Shown: positions 18,638 through 28,400, counted from the stretch's first letter. The stretch is DNA of 64,000 bases from an uncultured Desulfobacterales bacterium (GCA_964539635.1 CAZIJN010000005.1:78765-142764), one strand, 5' to 3'. The notes: generated from the letters alone by a model not told the origin. Program-made: numbers and translations.

Positions 18638-19682
18638 AAAACAGGTGGAATATTTCAATAAGGCTTGTGGAACTGCCAGATTTACTTACAACTGGGGGCT
18701 TGCTGAATGGAAACGGCAGTATGAAGCAGGATTAAAACCATCTGGTTTAGCGTTAAAAAAAGATTTTAATGCGATAAAACAGGAACAATTCCCATGGACT
18801 TATGAAGTTACCAAGTATGCAAGCCAGCAGCCATTTATCCAGCTTCAGACAGCATTCGTAAAGTTTTTTAAAGGTGATGCTGAATATCCTGTTTTCAAGA
18901 AAAAAGGGATACATGACAGTTTTTATATTGGCAATGACCAATTCAGGATTGAAGGTAAAAAAATAAAAATACCCAATCTCGGCTGGGTTAGAATGGCTGA
19001 ATGTTTAGGCTGCAACGGAAAAATTCAAAATGCTGTTGTTTCACGAACAGCTGGCAAATGGTTTGTAAGTATCAATATTCTTATGAATATCACACCTGCA
19101 TCATGCGAAAATCAAGCGATTGCAGGTGTGGATTTAGGAATTAAAAATTTAGCAGCTCTATCAAGCGGGGAAACTATTGAAGGACCTAAAGCATACCGCA
19201 AATTACAGAAAAAACTCAAAAGGCTTCAGCAGTCATTTTCAAGAAAGCAGAAAGGTTCAAAAAATAGGGAAAAGCAGAAGCGTAAAATAGCCAGTCTGCA
19301 TTATCGGATTTCATGTATCCGTATGGATTCTCTTCATAAGCTGACCACCCGGCTTGCAAACGATTACAGCGTAATTGTGATTGAAGATTTGAATGTAAAA
19401 GGCATGATGAGCAATGGAAAATTAGCAAAAGCCATTGCAGACATGGGATTTAATGAGTTCCGCCGTCAGCTTGCTTATAAAGCGGTTATCTCTTCTGCTC
19501 ATGTAATTGTTGCAGACCGCTGGTTTCCTTCTTCAAAACGATGTTCAGCCTGTGGAGAGAAACATAAAGAACTTAAACTTTCTGATAGAATCTTTAAATG
19601 TCCTTCTTGTTTTTTCACAATAGATAGAGATTTAAACGCCGCCATAAATTTAAAACAATATCCACAACTAATGGCAGCATAG
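18594..19682 (+). CDS. tnpB: RNA-guided endonuclease TnpB, IS607-associated type
   Basis: HKIRLNPN..ACGTARFTYNWGL HTH; RuvC GVDLG, IEDLNV, DRDLNAAINL; zinc finger CSAC..CPSC; catalytic residues intact. Confidence 0.95.
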   Translation: MEITLGHKIRLNPNKKQVEYFNKACGTARFTYNWGLAEWKRQYEAGLKPSGLALKKDFNAIKQEQFPWTYEVTKYASQQPFIQLQTAFVKFFKGDAEYPVFKKKGIHDSFYIGNDQFRIEGKKIKIPNLGWVRMAECLGCNGKIQNAVVSRTAGKWFVSINILMNITPASCENQAIAGVDLGIKNLAALSSGETIEGPKAYRKLQKKLKRLQQSFSRKQKGSKNREKQKRKIASLHYRISCIRMDSLHKLTTRLANDYSVIVIEDLNVKGMMSNGKLAKAIADMGFNEFRRQLAYKAVISSAHVIVADRWFPSSKRCSACGEKHKELKLSDRIFKCPSCFFTIDRDLNAAINLKQYPQLMAA

Positions 19683-19822
19683 CCAAAAAGAATACCGTCA
19701 GCTTGACGGAATTTTAAGCCTGTGGAGAGGAAATAAGACCTAAGTAGTTAATTCGGGCATACTCTATGAATCAGGAAGAAAAAGATAGATAATTATAGAT
19801 TATCTTAGATTTTTCAAAGCGG
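19660..19822 (+). ncRNA. Predicted omegaRNA scaffold of the IS607 TnpB
   Basis: Position (tnpB 3' end to right end) plus hairpin ccgtcagcttgacgg, aagcctgtggagag and gaatcaggaag motifs typical of these right ends; boundaries inferred. Confidence 0.55.
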
Positions 19823-19870
19823 AAAGGATAATTAAAAGATATTCACCGCTCAAAAGGTTGTTTTTTTATC

Positions 19871-19912
19871 GTGAAGCAGGAAGCCCATATGCTTTAGCAT
19901 TGGGTAGCTCAC
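19871..19912 (+). mobile_element. Orphan IS200/IS605-type right end (omegaRNA 3' hairpin) remnant
   Basis: gtgaagcaggaagcccatatgctttagcattgggtagctcac: GAAGCCC..TTTA..TGGGTAGxTCAC subterminal hairpin ending in TCAC. Confidence 0.7.
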
Positions 19913-19917
19913 TAAAA

Positions 19918-19947
19918 GTAGAGACCACACAACAAGCGGGTCTCTAC
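19918..19947. repeat. GTAG-type REP-like palindrome
   Basis: gtagagacc-N12-ggtctctac between convergent tnpB and cbiK. Confidence 0.7.
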
Positions 19948-20034
19948 GGTTTTGTTTAAATCTAAAAAGGCAGCACTTTTATATCAAAAGTTATGCTTTT
20001 GTATTGTGATTTGTATTGTGAAGTGCCCCTTTTT

Positions 20035-20928
20035 CTAAAAATGAGCTACTATAACCTTGATATGCTCAACCCAGATATTGACAAAATCGTCAAACTCGGC
20101 AGTTCCTTTTAATATCGGCTCGCATTTTATTCCAGCTTTGGTCAAAATTGATTTCCAAGAATCATCTTCATCTCCAGCCATATCATTTTTTGCATGATCT
20201 CCAGCAACTGACATAAACGGCATCAGATACGCTTTTTTGATTTTTGATTTTGCCATCAGCGATTTGATAGCTTCAATCCCGGGATAACCCTCAACCGTTC
20301 CAACAAAGATATTTGGGTCTTTTAACTGAAGCTGAAACATCAAAGCTGCATAAAAGGCGTTTGACGGGTGGGGCGTGCCGTGTCCCATAAGAACTACTGC
20401 TTCGTTTGCTTTTCTATCCTTTGGGATATTTTTCAAAACAGCATCAACAACTTTAACCATATCATCTTGTGTTGACATCATTGGATATCCAAGCATAACC
20501 TTTTCAAATCCTCCCATCTGGTTAAAAGCCCCAACTATTTTTCTCAAATCGTGGTACTCTTCACCAGCAATTGTATGAAGGCTCTGAACTGCAACATGGG
20601 TAAAACCTTCTGCACGCATTTTTGCTAACGCAACCTCTGGAGCATCAAGGATTTTGCCCTGTTTTGCAAGTTTGTTTCTGATTATATGCGATGTGTAAGC
20701 CCAGTAAACTGGAACATCAGGAAACGTAGCTTTTGTCTTTTTATCAATATTGTCAAAAGAGATTTGTGCACTCTCTTCACTTGAGCCGAATGCCACAAGC
20801 AAAATTCCCTTTTTCATCTCTTGTTTTCCGCCATGACTTGCATTAGCACTAACAAAATTTGAAATGAGCAAAAGACAAACTATTGCAATAGTAAAAATAA
20901 CACTTTTTTTAATCATACTACCTTTCAT
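20035..20928 (-). CDS. cbiK: Sirohydrochlorin cobaltochelatase CbiK, exported (periplasmic) type
   Basis: ILLVAFGSS, VLMGHGTPHPS, PFMSVAGDHAKNDMAG; N-terminal signal peptide; GGAG RBS. Confidence 0.9.
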   Translation of the reverse strand: MKGSMIKKSVIFTIAIVCLLLISNFVSANASHGGKQEMKKGILLVAFGSSEESAQISFDNIDKKTKATFPDVPVYWAYTSHIIRNKLAKQGKILDAPEVALAKMRAEGFTHVAVQSLHTIAGEEYHDLRKIVGAFNQMGGFEKVMLGYPMMSTQDDMVKVVDAVLKNIPKDRKANEAVVLMGHGTPHPSNAFYAALMFQLQLKDPNIFVGTVEGYPGIEAIKSLMAKSKIKKAYLMPFMSVAGDHAKNDMAGDEDDSWKSILTKAGIKCEPILKGTAEFDDFVNIWVEHIKVIVAHF

Positions 20929-20970
20929 GGTTAATTCTCCTTAAATATGTTTATTGTTTTTTATATAAAA

Positions 20971-20999
20971 GCAGAGACGCATAGCCGTGCGTCTTCTAC
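20971..20999. repeat. GTAG-type REP-like palindrome
   Basis: Minus strand gtagaagacgcacggctatgcgtctctgc; same family as 50553 and 59323. Confidence 0.75.
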
Positions 21000-21138
21000 A
21001 TATCATCTCTGTCTCCTCTCCCACATCATCAACAATGTACTCGTAAAGGTTTGAATAATAATCAGACTGAAATAAAAAATAAGCTAAAACAAAGAACTTT
21101 ACAACCAAACAACCCTTAAAAAATGCTGATAAAAAATC

Positions 21139-23175
21139 TCAAAATTCAATCTCATAACCCGCCTTGAAAAGCCTTCCTAAATCCTCATAAACGTAGAGAT
21201 TTAAAGAACCTTCACTTAAATCGCCAGTAACCTGCACATCTTGATCAAAGATATTATCAACACCAAAGGTGAGATATCCTATTCCAGCTTTTAACTTGCC
21301 GTAAAAATTGAGTGCTGCATAACCGTCAAGATTTCTCTCTCTTGATGCAAGCATCTGGCAGTTCAGATTAAGCACAAGAGGTTCTGTAATGTATGAAAAT
21401 CCAATGCTGTTCTGAAATTTGGGACCAGACTGATACTCAAGCCCCTCGGTATCTTCGGCTGTCGGGTCTGCCCAATATCCGGCAGTGTAGAGCCAAAGCT
21501 GTTGATGCCAGCCGTTTTGATGGATAAAAGGAGATATTCCAAATTCCCACTCAACGCCTGTTGACTCATAATCTCCTGCGTTAAAATAGGTTTGCGGATA
21601 ACCTTTAGAGCGGTCAATTTCGATTTTATCCTCATAAGCCATGTAAAAGCCTGCAAACCTAACCCGAAACATATCAGCATCATATTTAAGACCTGTTTCA
21701 TACGTCCACCCCTCTTCAGGGTTTAGATCAGGATTTCCAACCGTAAAAGAGCTTTGATAATATAGATTGTTAAAAGTTGGGGCACGAAATGCTTTGCCAG
21801 TATTTGCAAAAATATTTAGCTGTTCATTTATCTTATAGGTCAATCCTAAACTCGGAAGAAATCGGTCGTAATCTGCGGTTCCAGACTCTCCTTCAATCAA
21901 CTGTTCTCTTAGTCCTGCTGTAGCTGTTACATTCTGAAAAAACGATTTTTTTATCTCCATAAAAACAGCAGCATCATTTCTGTGATGTTCTCCATATTGA
22001 TTTGAATAATTTGCCCCGCGGTGTATAACGCTTGCTCCGCTGGTAAAATGCCAATCTGAGAGAGTAAAACGATAATCAGCCTCTACACCAGCGTTGTAAT
22101 TGCGGTTATCATCATCAGGATCAGATGATGTGTATTCAGAGCGTCTCAGAATATCGTAATTTCCAAATATTTTTGCTCTAACTGAATCAGCTTCAAATCT
22201 TAAATCTGCAAAATGTTTGGTCTGCTCCTGTTCTGTTCCCTCAAATGATTTTTTTATATCGTCATACACCTTTTTAAATCCGGTCTTATTAAACGAGGCT
22301 AAATAGTCAAAGTAGAGATTTTCAAACAGATTTGCATTTAAGTTGAATCCATATCTGTCTGTAGAATCGGTGTCGTAACGATATTTTTTTGTGTAGCTTC
22401 GCGAAATCTCTTCCTGTGCTCCAAGATGCTGATAATTTGCTCCGATATTGACCCCGGGGCAGGAGGCAGAAATCGTGTGGTTTTGATACGATTCAGAACC
22501 AGCCTCAGCAGATATTTTTATGGATTTATCCTTTTTTTCAACTAAAACTTCTTCTAATATGTTTTCTGCTTTATCTGAACTATCTGTTTTTTTCCTATTA
22601 ATCCTCTTTTTCTTTGCCTTTTTTGTGATGATGTTGATAACACCAGACATAGCGTCTGCTCCGTAAATTGTTGAAGCTGCACCTTTTAGAACTTCGATCC
22701 GCTCAATCTGCTCAACTGGAATGGTGTTTAAATCATAAGCGTGTCCTGCTGCCCCTTGGATTGGAACGCCGTTGATGAGAATCAACTCCCCATCTTTAAT
22801 TCCGCGGATAGAGAGCGTGCTGTTCATGCCTCCATGACTTGTTCCTAATGGGCTGTAAGCCTTGTAAGAAAAGCCGCCCGAACGCTTTAGAGCATCAATA
22901 AGATTTATCGCACCGCTCTCTTTCAGCTCTTCTGATGATATTACAGTTACAAATCGGGAACTCTCTTTCTCTTGAACTGGAAACCGCTCGGCAGTAACGG
23001 TCATGGTTTCAAGTGTGATTGAATCTTTTTTATCGTCAGATGCAATACTCTCGTTATTGTAAGCTAAAACAAAGAGTGCGATTAAAATAGAGGCAAATAT
23101 AGATATACGTGCAGCTTTAAAACTAAATATGCCGACAGAAAACAGAATCCCAAGAAACAGACTTTTTAACTCCAT
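21139..23175 (-). CDS. TonB-dependent receptor, BtuB-like (corrinoid/cobalt uptake by context)
   Basis: TonB-box-like LETMTVTAER, plug IERIEVLKGAASTIYGADAMSGVINIITKK, FRAPTF..LY, C-terminal Phe; downstream of B12 riboswitch. Confidence 0.88.
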   Translation of the reverse strand: MELKSLFLGILFSVGIFSFKAARISIFASILIALFVLAYNNESIASDDKKDSITLETMTVTAERFPVQEKESSRFVTVISSEELKESGAINLIDALKRSGGFSYKAYSPLGTSHGGMNSTLSIRGIKDGELILINGVPIQGAAGHAYDLNTIPVEQIERIEVLKGAASTIYGADAMSGVINIITKKAKKKRINRKKTDSSDKAENILEEVLVEKKDKSIKISAEAGSESYQNHTISASCPGVNIGANYQHLGAQEEISRSYTKKYRYDTDSTDRYGFNLNANLFENLYFDYLASFNKTGFKKVYDDIKKSFEGTEQEQTKHFADLRFEADSVRAKIFGNYDILRRSEYTSSDPDDDNRNYNAGVEADYRFTLSDWHFTSGASVIHRGANYSNQYGEHHRNDAAVFMEIKKSFFQNVTATAGLREQLIEGESGTADYDRFLPSLGLTYKINEQLNIFANTGKAFRAPTFNNLYYQSSFTVGNPDLNPEEGWTYETGLKYDADMFRVRFAGFYMAYEDKIEIDRSKGYPQTYFNAGDYESTGVEWEFGISPFIHQNGWHQQLWLYTAGYWADPTAEDTEGLEYQSGPKFQNSIGFSYITEPLVLNLNCQMLASRERNLDGYAALNFYGKLKAGIGYLTFGVDNIFDQDVQVTGDLSEGSLNLYVYEDLGRLFKAGYEIEF

Positions 23176-23291
23176 AAAACGTTCTCCTCTTTTAAACCTC
23201 TTTATTGTTACTAAGTTGCAATTTTATATTTTTGCTTAAATAATCTTAAGGACTTTTTGCTGCGGCAGATTTCGCTGGCTGCAAAAATAAA

Positions 23292-23326
23292 AATCCCCGA
23301 ATCGAAAACAGCTCGATTCGGGGATT
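23292..23326 (-). terminator. Intrinsic terminator in riboswitch expression platform
   Basis: 14-bp stem aatccccgaatcga/tcgattcggggatt followed by a T-run on the minus strand, between aptamer and TonB receptor start. Confidence 0.8.
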
Positions 23327-23389
23327 CCCTTTTTTATCCATCGAATGCAGTGCACGTAACTTTTGTCCGTAAGTTCGATAGTGCTTTGC

Positions 23390-23605
23390 TCAGGCAGGTC
23401 TTCTGACTTTTGGCTCACCCTACTTGCAGCGTCTTCCCAACCTAATATAAAAACAGGTCAGTGACTTTAAATGCTGCGTTCGTCCCCAATTACAGCGGCG
23501 GGTCCGTCCCCGATTCTCACGGGGTTCCCTATTACGCTTTTAAAACAAGCAGCTTGATAAAAAAGTCTATTTTCTTAAAAATCAGCTTATTTTAAAGCAC
23601 CTGAA
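23390..23605 (-). ncRNA. Cobalamin (AdoCbl) riboswitch
   Basis: Minus strand aggtgc...aatagggaaccccgtgagaatcggggacggacccgccgctgta...gtcactg...gggaag...gtcagaagacctgcct (B12 box). Confidence 0.95.
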
Positions 23606-23652
23606 CAATTATGGTTATTGGCAATAGCTAAAATATTTAGTTATGTCAAGAA

Positions 23653-25098
23653 TTATTCAACGCTTTTGCAGCCTCCTCCAAGTGCTTGATAGAGCTTCAT
23701 CATATTCGTAAGTCTGTTCAACCTATTTTGAGCAAGCGATATTTCAGCAGCTCTTCGGCTCTCTTGAGAATCTAACCATGACTGCATTGAAGTTGCTCCG
23801 CTTCTATAACGTATCTCAAGCAGATGTTCTGCCTCTTTTGCCAAAGATAGAGCCTCTTTAAGACGGATACTCTCCTCATGGTAACTTATATTTGCAGAGA
23901 GTGCGTTTTCAACTTCACCCAACGCATTGTAAATTTTCTGCCTAAAGTTGATAACTGCCTCTTGGTATTCTGCCTCTGAAACCTTTATGGTAAGCTGCAT
24001 TTTGTTCCACTCAACAAACGGCAGAACAACTCCTGCACCTAAGGAAGCTAACGGATTTTGCAGAACATTTATAAGTGTGTTGCTGCTGCTGCCAAGACTT
24101 CCAGTAAGTGTAAAGGTTGGATAAAAAGATAGGCGTGCCGCATCAATATTGGCAAAAGATTCACGAAGCCTTAGTTCAGCAGCTCTAAGATCAGGTCGTC
24201 TTCTTAAAATTTCGGCTGGAATACCGCTTGCAATAACAGGAAGCTGACTCTCTGGAAGCCGGCTTGGTTCTGGTACGCTTTTTTGCTGAGGAGCCTGATT
24301 AAATAGAATTGAAAGAGCGTTTGCTGCCTCTTTTTTCTGCATAATCAACTGGCTCAAACCAGCCTTTTGATTTTCAACGCTCTGCCGAGCCTGTACTAAA
24401 TCAAGCCTTGAAACTGCACCATTTCTATATTTTACTTCAACCAAATTAAGGGTTTTTTCTGCATAACCAATGCTTGCTTTTGTTGAGTCAATCTGCTGGT
24501 TTAAATATGCAGCCTGCCAGTATGCTGATGCTGTTGTGCCGATCAATGAGAGTGCTGTGCTTTGGCGATCAGCTTCGGTTGCCTCTGCTGCAAAGCGATC
24601 TGCATCACGAAGCGTCTCTAATCTATTCCACAGATCAACCTCATAGCTTAAATTGCCTACAACAGTTGATGCAGTTGATCCAATGCTGTTTTTTAGATCA
24701 TACTTATGCCCGCTCTCTGTAGATACGCTCGCTGACGGAGTTAAATTTGTGCTGGTCAATCCCAATTGCAGCAATGCTCTTTGAACTCTTACGGCTGCGG
24801 CTGCAAGATCGTTGTTTGTTCTAAGTGCCCGCTCAATCAGATAATCAAGCGTTGGGTCATTAAAATTTTTCCACCACTGCTCTTCGTTTGAAGTGGAGCT
24901 GAAATTTTTATCTTCAGCGGTTGTTATATTCTCTGTTGCCGCTTGCTGTAATTTCTGCTCTTGCTGCCATTCATGCGGCATATCAACCGTAGGTCTTTTA
25001 TAGATGCTTTTCGGCAGCATATTAGAGCATGAGTTAAGAAGAGCTGCTGAAATAACTATTGTAATTATATATCTAAATTTTATGATGTTCCGTATCAA
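23653..25098 (-). CDS. Efflux outer-membrane factor lipoprotein (NodT/OprM/TolC family)
   Basis: Lipobox LLNSC, NNDLAAAAVRV, LRRRPDLRAAE, LYQALGGG. Confidence 0.9.
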   Translation of the reverse strand: MIRNIIKFRYIITIVISAALLNSCSNMLPKSIYKRPTVDMPHEWQQEQKLQQAATENITTAEDKNFSSTSNEEQWWKNFNDPTLDYLIERALRTNNDLAAAAVRVQRALLQLGLTSTNLTPSASVSTESGHKYDLKNSIGSTASTVVGNLSYEVDLWNRLETLRDADRFAAEATEADRQSTALSLIGTTASAYWQAAYLNQQIDSTKASIGYAEKTLNLVEVKYRNGAVSRLDLVQARQSVENQKAGLSQLIMQKKEAANALSILFNQAPQQKSVPEPSRLPESQLPVIASGIPAEILRRRPDLRAAELRLRESFANIDAARLSFYPTFTLTGSLGSSSNTLINVLQNPLASLGAGVVLPFVEWNKMQLTIKVSEAEYQEAVINFRQKIYNALGEVENALSANISYHEESIRLKEALSLAKEAEHLLEIRYRSGATSMQSWLDSQESRRAAEISLAQNRLNRLTNMMKLYQALGGGCKSVE

Positions 25099-25167
25099 TG
25101 ATAATATCCTTGAGCGTTTGCGAAATCCATTTATATGATGCTGATCATAATATACACTTATAATTTT

Positions 25168-27174
25168 CTATTCCCGTGCCAACGCCTCAATCGGATCGAG
25201 TTGGGCAGCACTGCGGGCTGGAAGAAATCCAAACAAAACACCTATAAGCGAAGAGCATAAAACTGCGTAAATTATTGATGCTGCTGAAAATTTCATTGTA
25301 ATTGCCGTAACAAAGAAGGGAAAAATCATGGCAATTGCATAAGACATTAAAATCCCGATTACTCCTCCAAGCAGACAGACCAGAATTGACTCAATCAGAA
25401 ACTGCTGCAAGATATCGCTCTGCCTTGCACCGATTGCCATACGGATTCCTATTTCGTGCGTCCGCTCAGAAACAGAGACCAGCATGATATTCATAACTCC
25501 AATTCCTCCTACTAATAAAGAGATAACAGCAATTGCTGAGATCATAATGGTCAAAGTTGCTGTGGTTTTCTCTACAGTTTTAAGAATTGTATCGCTGCTG
25601 TTGGTAAAAAAATCTTTAGTTCCGTGACGCTGTTTTAGAAGTTTGATAATGCTCTGTTCAGCAATTGGGTTTGACATTCCATCTTTTACCCTCACTGTAA
25701 TTGAATTAAAGTGCTGCTGCCCTAAAAGTCTGCTCATTGCTGATGTGTACGGCATCCATACCTCTAAATTCTGGTTGTTGCCAAATGGGCTTTCTTTCTC
25801 TTTAGTAACTCCGATTACTTGGCAGGGAAGAGAGCCGACAAAGATAATTTTTCCAATCGGCTCTTCATGAGATGCAAATAATTTTTTACACGTATTTGGA
25901 TCAATAACAACTACCTGGGCATGTATTTTAATATCCTGCTGATCAAATAAAATACCTTTATCAATCTCAAAACCTCGAACCCTGAAATATTGATCCCCTA
26001 CCCCGCTTACTGAAGCATCAGCTTTTATATTGCGGTATCTCAAGAGCCGGCTTGTTCCCGTGCCCGGTGTTGCACTATCCACATAAACTTGAGATTGAAG
26101 AACCTCAAGATCAGACGGAACAAGCGTCTGAATAGTTGCTGCATCTTCATCACCAAAATCCTCTCCCGGGTAGATGCTGATAACATTTGTGCCCATAGAG
26201 CTTATATCGTTAATAACTTTCTGGCGTGCACCCTGCCCTAATGCAACAACAGAGACCACAGACATTATACCGATAATTATACCAAGCATAGTGAGCAGAG
26301 TACGCATTCTGTGAGATGCCATTGCAACAATAGCCATGTTAAACGCCTCTGCAAAACGTCCCCAGTGTGCCTGCCATGTTGTTTTTTGGGGTAGAATTTC
26401 AGATTGGTTTTGTGCTTCTAACTCTTGATCTTGAAGTTTTTCAAGCTCCTCTTTGGTTATTCCCTCTATCTGATTATCAATAAAATTGGCATTTGGATAA
26501 TCTTTTAAAATCTCTCCATCTCTAATTTCAATAATACGCTTTGCACTGTTTGCCACCTGCATATCGTGGGTAACTAAAATTATTGTATGACCAATATCAT
26601 TCAGCTCGTGCAAAATTTTGAGCATCTCCTGCCCGCTCTTGCTGTCTAAAGCTCCTGTAGGTTCATCAGCAAGAATAACATTGCCTCCATTCATTAAAGC
26701 ACGGGCAACGCTTACCCGCTGCTGCTGTCCGCCTGACAACTGACCCGGGCGGTAATAACATCTATCTTCCAATCCAAGACGACTCAGCAGTCGGAGTGCT
26801 CTCTCTTTGCGTCCAGATTTAGACATTCCTGAATAGATTGCGGGTATCTCTGCGTTTTGAATCGCATTTAGATGGGTCATAAGGTGGTATTTTTGAAAGA
26901 TAAAACCAAAGTGCTCACGCCTCAATCTTGCCAGCTCATCACTATATAGGTCTTTAACTTCACGACCATCTATGCTGTAGCTGCCTTTAGTGGGGCGATC
27001 TAAACATCCTAAAATATTCATTAATGTTGATTTGCCTGAACCAGATGCACCAATGATCGCAACCATTTCTCCTGCATAAATGGTCAGATCAATATTTTTT
27101 AAAACTGTAGTTTCATGCTCTCCTGACAAAAAGCAGCGTGTTATTTGGGAGAGTTCAAGTAAAGGTCTGGTCAT
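25168..27174 (-). CDS. macB: MacB ABC transporter ATP-binding/permease
   Basis: GASGSGKST, LSGGQQQRV, ADEPTGALD, GGIGVMNIMLVSVSERTHEIGIRMAIGA. Confidence 0.95.
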   Translation of the reverse strand: MTRPLLELSQITRCFLSGEHETTVLKNIDLTIYAGEMVAIIGASGSGKSTLMNILGCLDRPTKGSYSIDGREVKDLYSDELARLRREHFGFIFQKYHLMTHLNAIQNAEIPAIYSGMSKSGRKERALRLLSRLGLEDRCYYRPGQLSGGQQQRVSVARALMNGGNVILADEPTGALDSKSGQEMLKILHELNDIGHTIILVTHDMQVANSAKRIIEIRDGEILKDYPNANFIDNQIEGITKEELEKLQDQELEAQNQSEILPQKTTWQAHWGRFAEAFNMAIVAMASHRMRTLLTMLGIIIGIMSVVSVVALGQGARQKVINDISSMGTNVISIYPGEDFGDEDAATIQTLVPSDLEVLQSQVYVDSATPGTGTSRLLRYRNIKADASVSGVGDQYFRVRGFEIDKGILFDQQDIKIHAQVVVIDPNTCKKLFASHEEPIGKIIFVGSLPCQVIGVTKEKESPFGNNQNLEVWMPYTSAMSRLLGQQHFNSITVRVKDGMSNPIAEQSIIKLLKQRHGTKDFFTNSSDTILKTVEKTTATLTIMISAIAVISLLVGGIGVMNIMLVSVSERTHEIGIRMAIGARQSDILQQFLIESILVCLLGGVIGILMSYAIAMIFPFFVTAITMKFSAASIIYAVLCSSLIGVLFGFLPARSAAQLDPIEALARE

Positions 27175-27185
27175 AGTAACTCTCT

Positions 27186-28400
27186 TTAACGCCGAGGCGG
27201 TCTTCTACGGGTTTGTGGATCAGCCTCTTGTGCTGCGGCTGCTGAATCGCTGTCTCCTAAAATAACTTTGTCTCCCTCTTTAAGTCCATCTAATACCTCA
27301 GTGCGTACATTATCGTTGATTCCGATTTTTACTTTACGCTCTACAGCAGCCTTATTTTTAAGCACCATTACCGTATATGTTCCATCTTGCTGCCTCTCTC
27401 CGAGTGCAGAGAGCGGAATAGATAGAGCATCTTTAACTTCGTTTAATACTATAGATACCTGAGCCGTCATTGAGACACGCAACCGATTGTCAGGATTTGG
27501 AACTTCAAACAGCCCGTTGTAATAAATTGCTGTATTGCCGGTATCAGCAGACGAGGAGCTTAAACCGCTGCCGGCAGACGATGTGCTGCTCGAAGCCGGA
27601 GCAGGCTCTATTGCTCTAAGCGTGCTGTAATAACGGGTATCAGAATCGCCAAGCAGAGTAAAATATGTAGTAAGTCCCGGTTTTACCCTCATAATATCTG
27701 CCTCTGAAATTTTTGCCTTTACTGTCATTGTCTCTAAGTCTGCCAATGTTAGAATGGTTGTGGCAGTCTGGGTAGATATTACAGTCTGCCCCTCTTCTGT
27801 ATTTATAGATAAGACAACTCCGTCCATTGGTGCTGTTATTTTTGTGTATCCTAAGTTTGCCTTTGCTGTATCAATTGCGATTTTAGCACTGTTGATTTGA
27901 GCATCTAAAGAGGAAGTCTCAGCACTGGTGCTCTCTAATTGGGCTTGGGCACTCTCAAGATCAGACAGCGATGAGGCATCTTCTGAAAGCATCTGTTTTT
28001 GACGCCGATAGTTTGCCTCATACTGTTTTAGCAATGCCTGTTTTGAACGCCTCTGAGCCTGCAAACTCTCAACCTTAGCCTCTGCCTCTTTAAGTGAGTT
28101 CTCTTGAAGCACAGGATCGATCTGGGCAAGAAGCTGATCTTTTTCAACGCTGTCTCCTGTATTAACGTGCAGCTTTTGCAACTGTCCTGAAACCTGAGCA
28201 CCGACTTCTACCGTTTTAAAAGCCTTTAATATTCCGCTTGCCAGAACACTCTCTACAATATCCATCTTAACAACATCTGCTGTTATAAATGTTATCTCTT
28301 TTTTTGCAAAAAACATCTTTCGGGCAAAAAATCCCCCTCCAATCAAGAGTGCAATGAGAACCAGCCAAATTAAAGTTTTTTTATATGATCTTTTTTCCAT
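27186..28400 (-). CDS. macA: MacA periplasmic adaptor
   Basis: VEVGAQVSGQL, ITAPMDGVV, ISEADI; upstream of macB. Confidence 0.92.
   Translation of the reverse strand: MEKRSYKKTLIWLVLIALLIGGGFFARKMFFAKKEITFITADVVKMDIVESVLASGILKAFKTVEVGAQVSGQLQKLHVNTGDSVEKDQLLAQIDPVLQENSLKEAEAKVESLQAQRRSKQALLKQYEANYRRQKQMLSEDASSLSDLESAQAQLESTSAETSSLDAQINSAKIAIDTAKANLGYTKITAPMDGVVLSINTEEGQTVISTQTATTILTLADLETMTVKAKISEADIMRVKPGLTTYFTLLGDSDTRYYSTLRAIEPAPASSSTSSAGSGLSSSSADTGNTAIYYNGLFEVPNPDNRLRVSMTAQVSIVLNEVKDALSIPLSALGERQQDGTYTVMVLKNKAAVERKVKIGINDNVRTEVLDGLKEGDKVILGDSDSAAAAQEADPQTRRRPPRR

Larger units (their letters stand above)
18423..19822 (+). mobile_element. Non-autonomous IS607-family element (decayed tnpA, intact tnpB); ends approximate
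   Basis: Left gtgctttaaaatcta resembles the reverse complement of right tagatttttcaaagcgg; right end has repeated tagat motifs and ends in GG; MerR-type tnpA remnant overlaps tnpB start. Confidence 0.75.

Noticed and set aside
20961-20978. Self-target of the orphan omegaRNA guide (12/13 match)
   Set aside because: The match is short and explained by shared REP flanks, and no TAM can be assigned.
20998-21075. Minus-strand peptide YYSNLYEYIVDDVG, faintly like the TonB receptor C-terminus
   Set aside because: Too short, no start or RBS, and the similarity could be chance.
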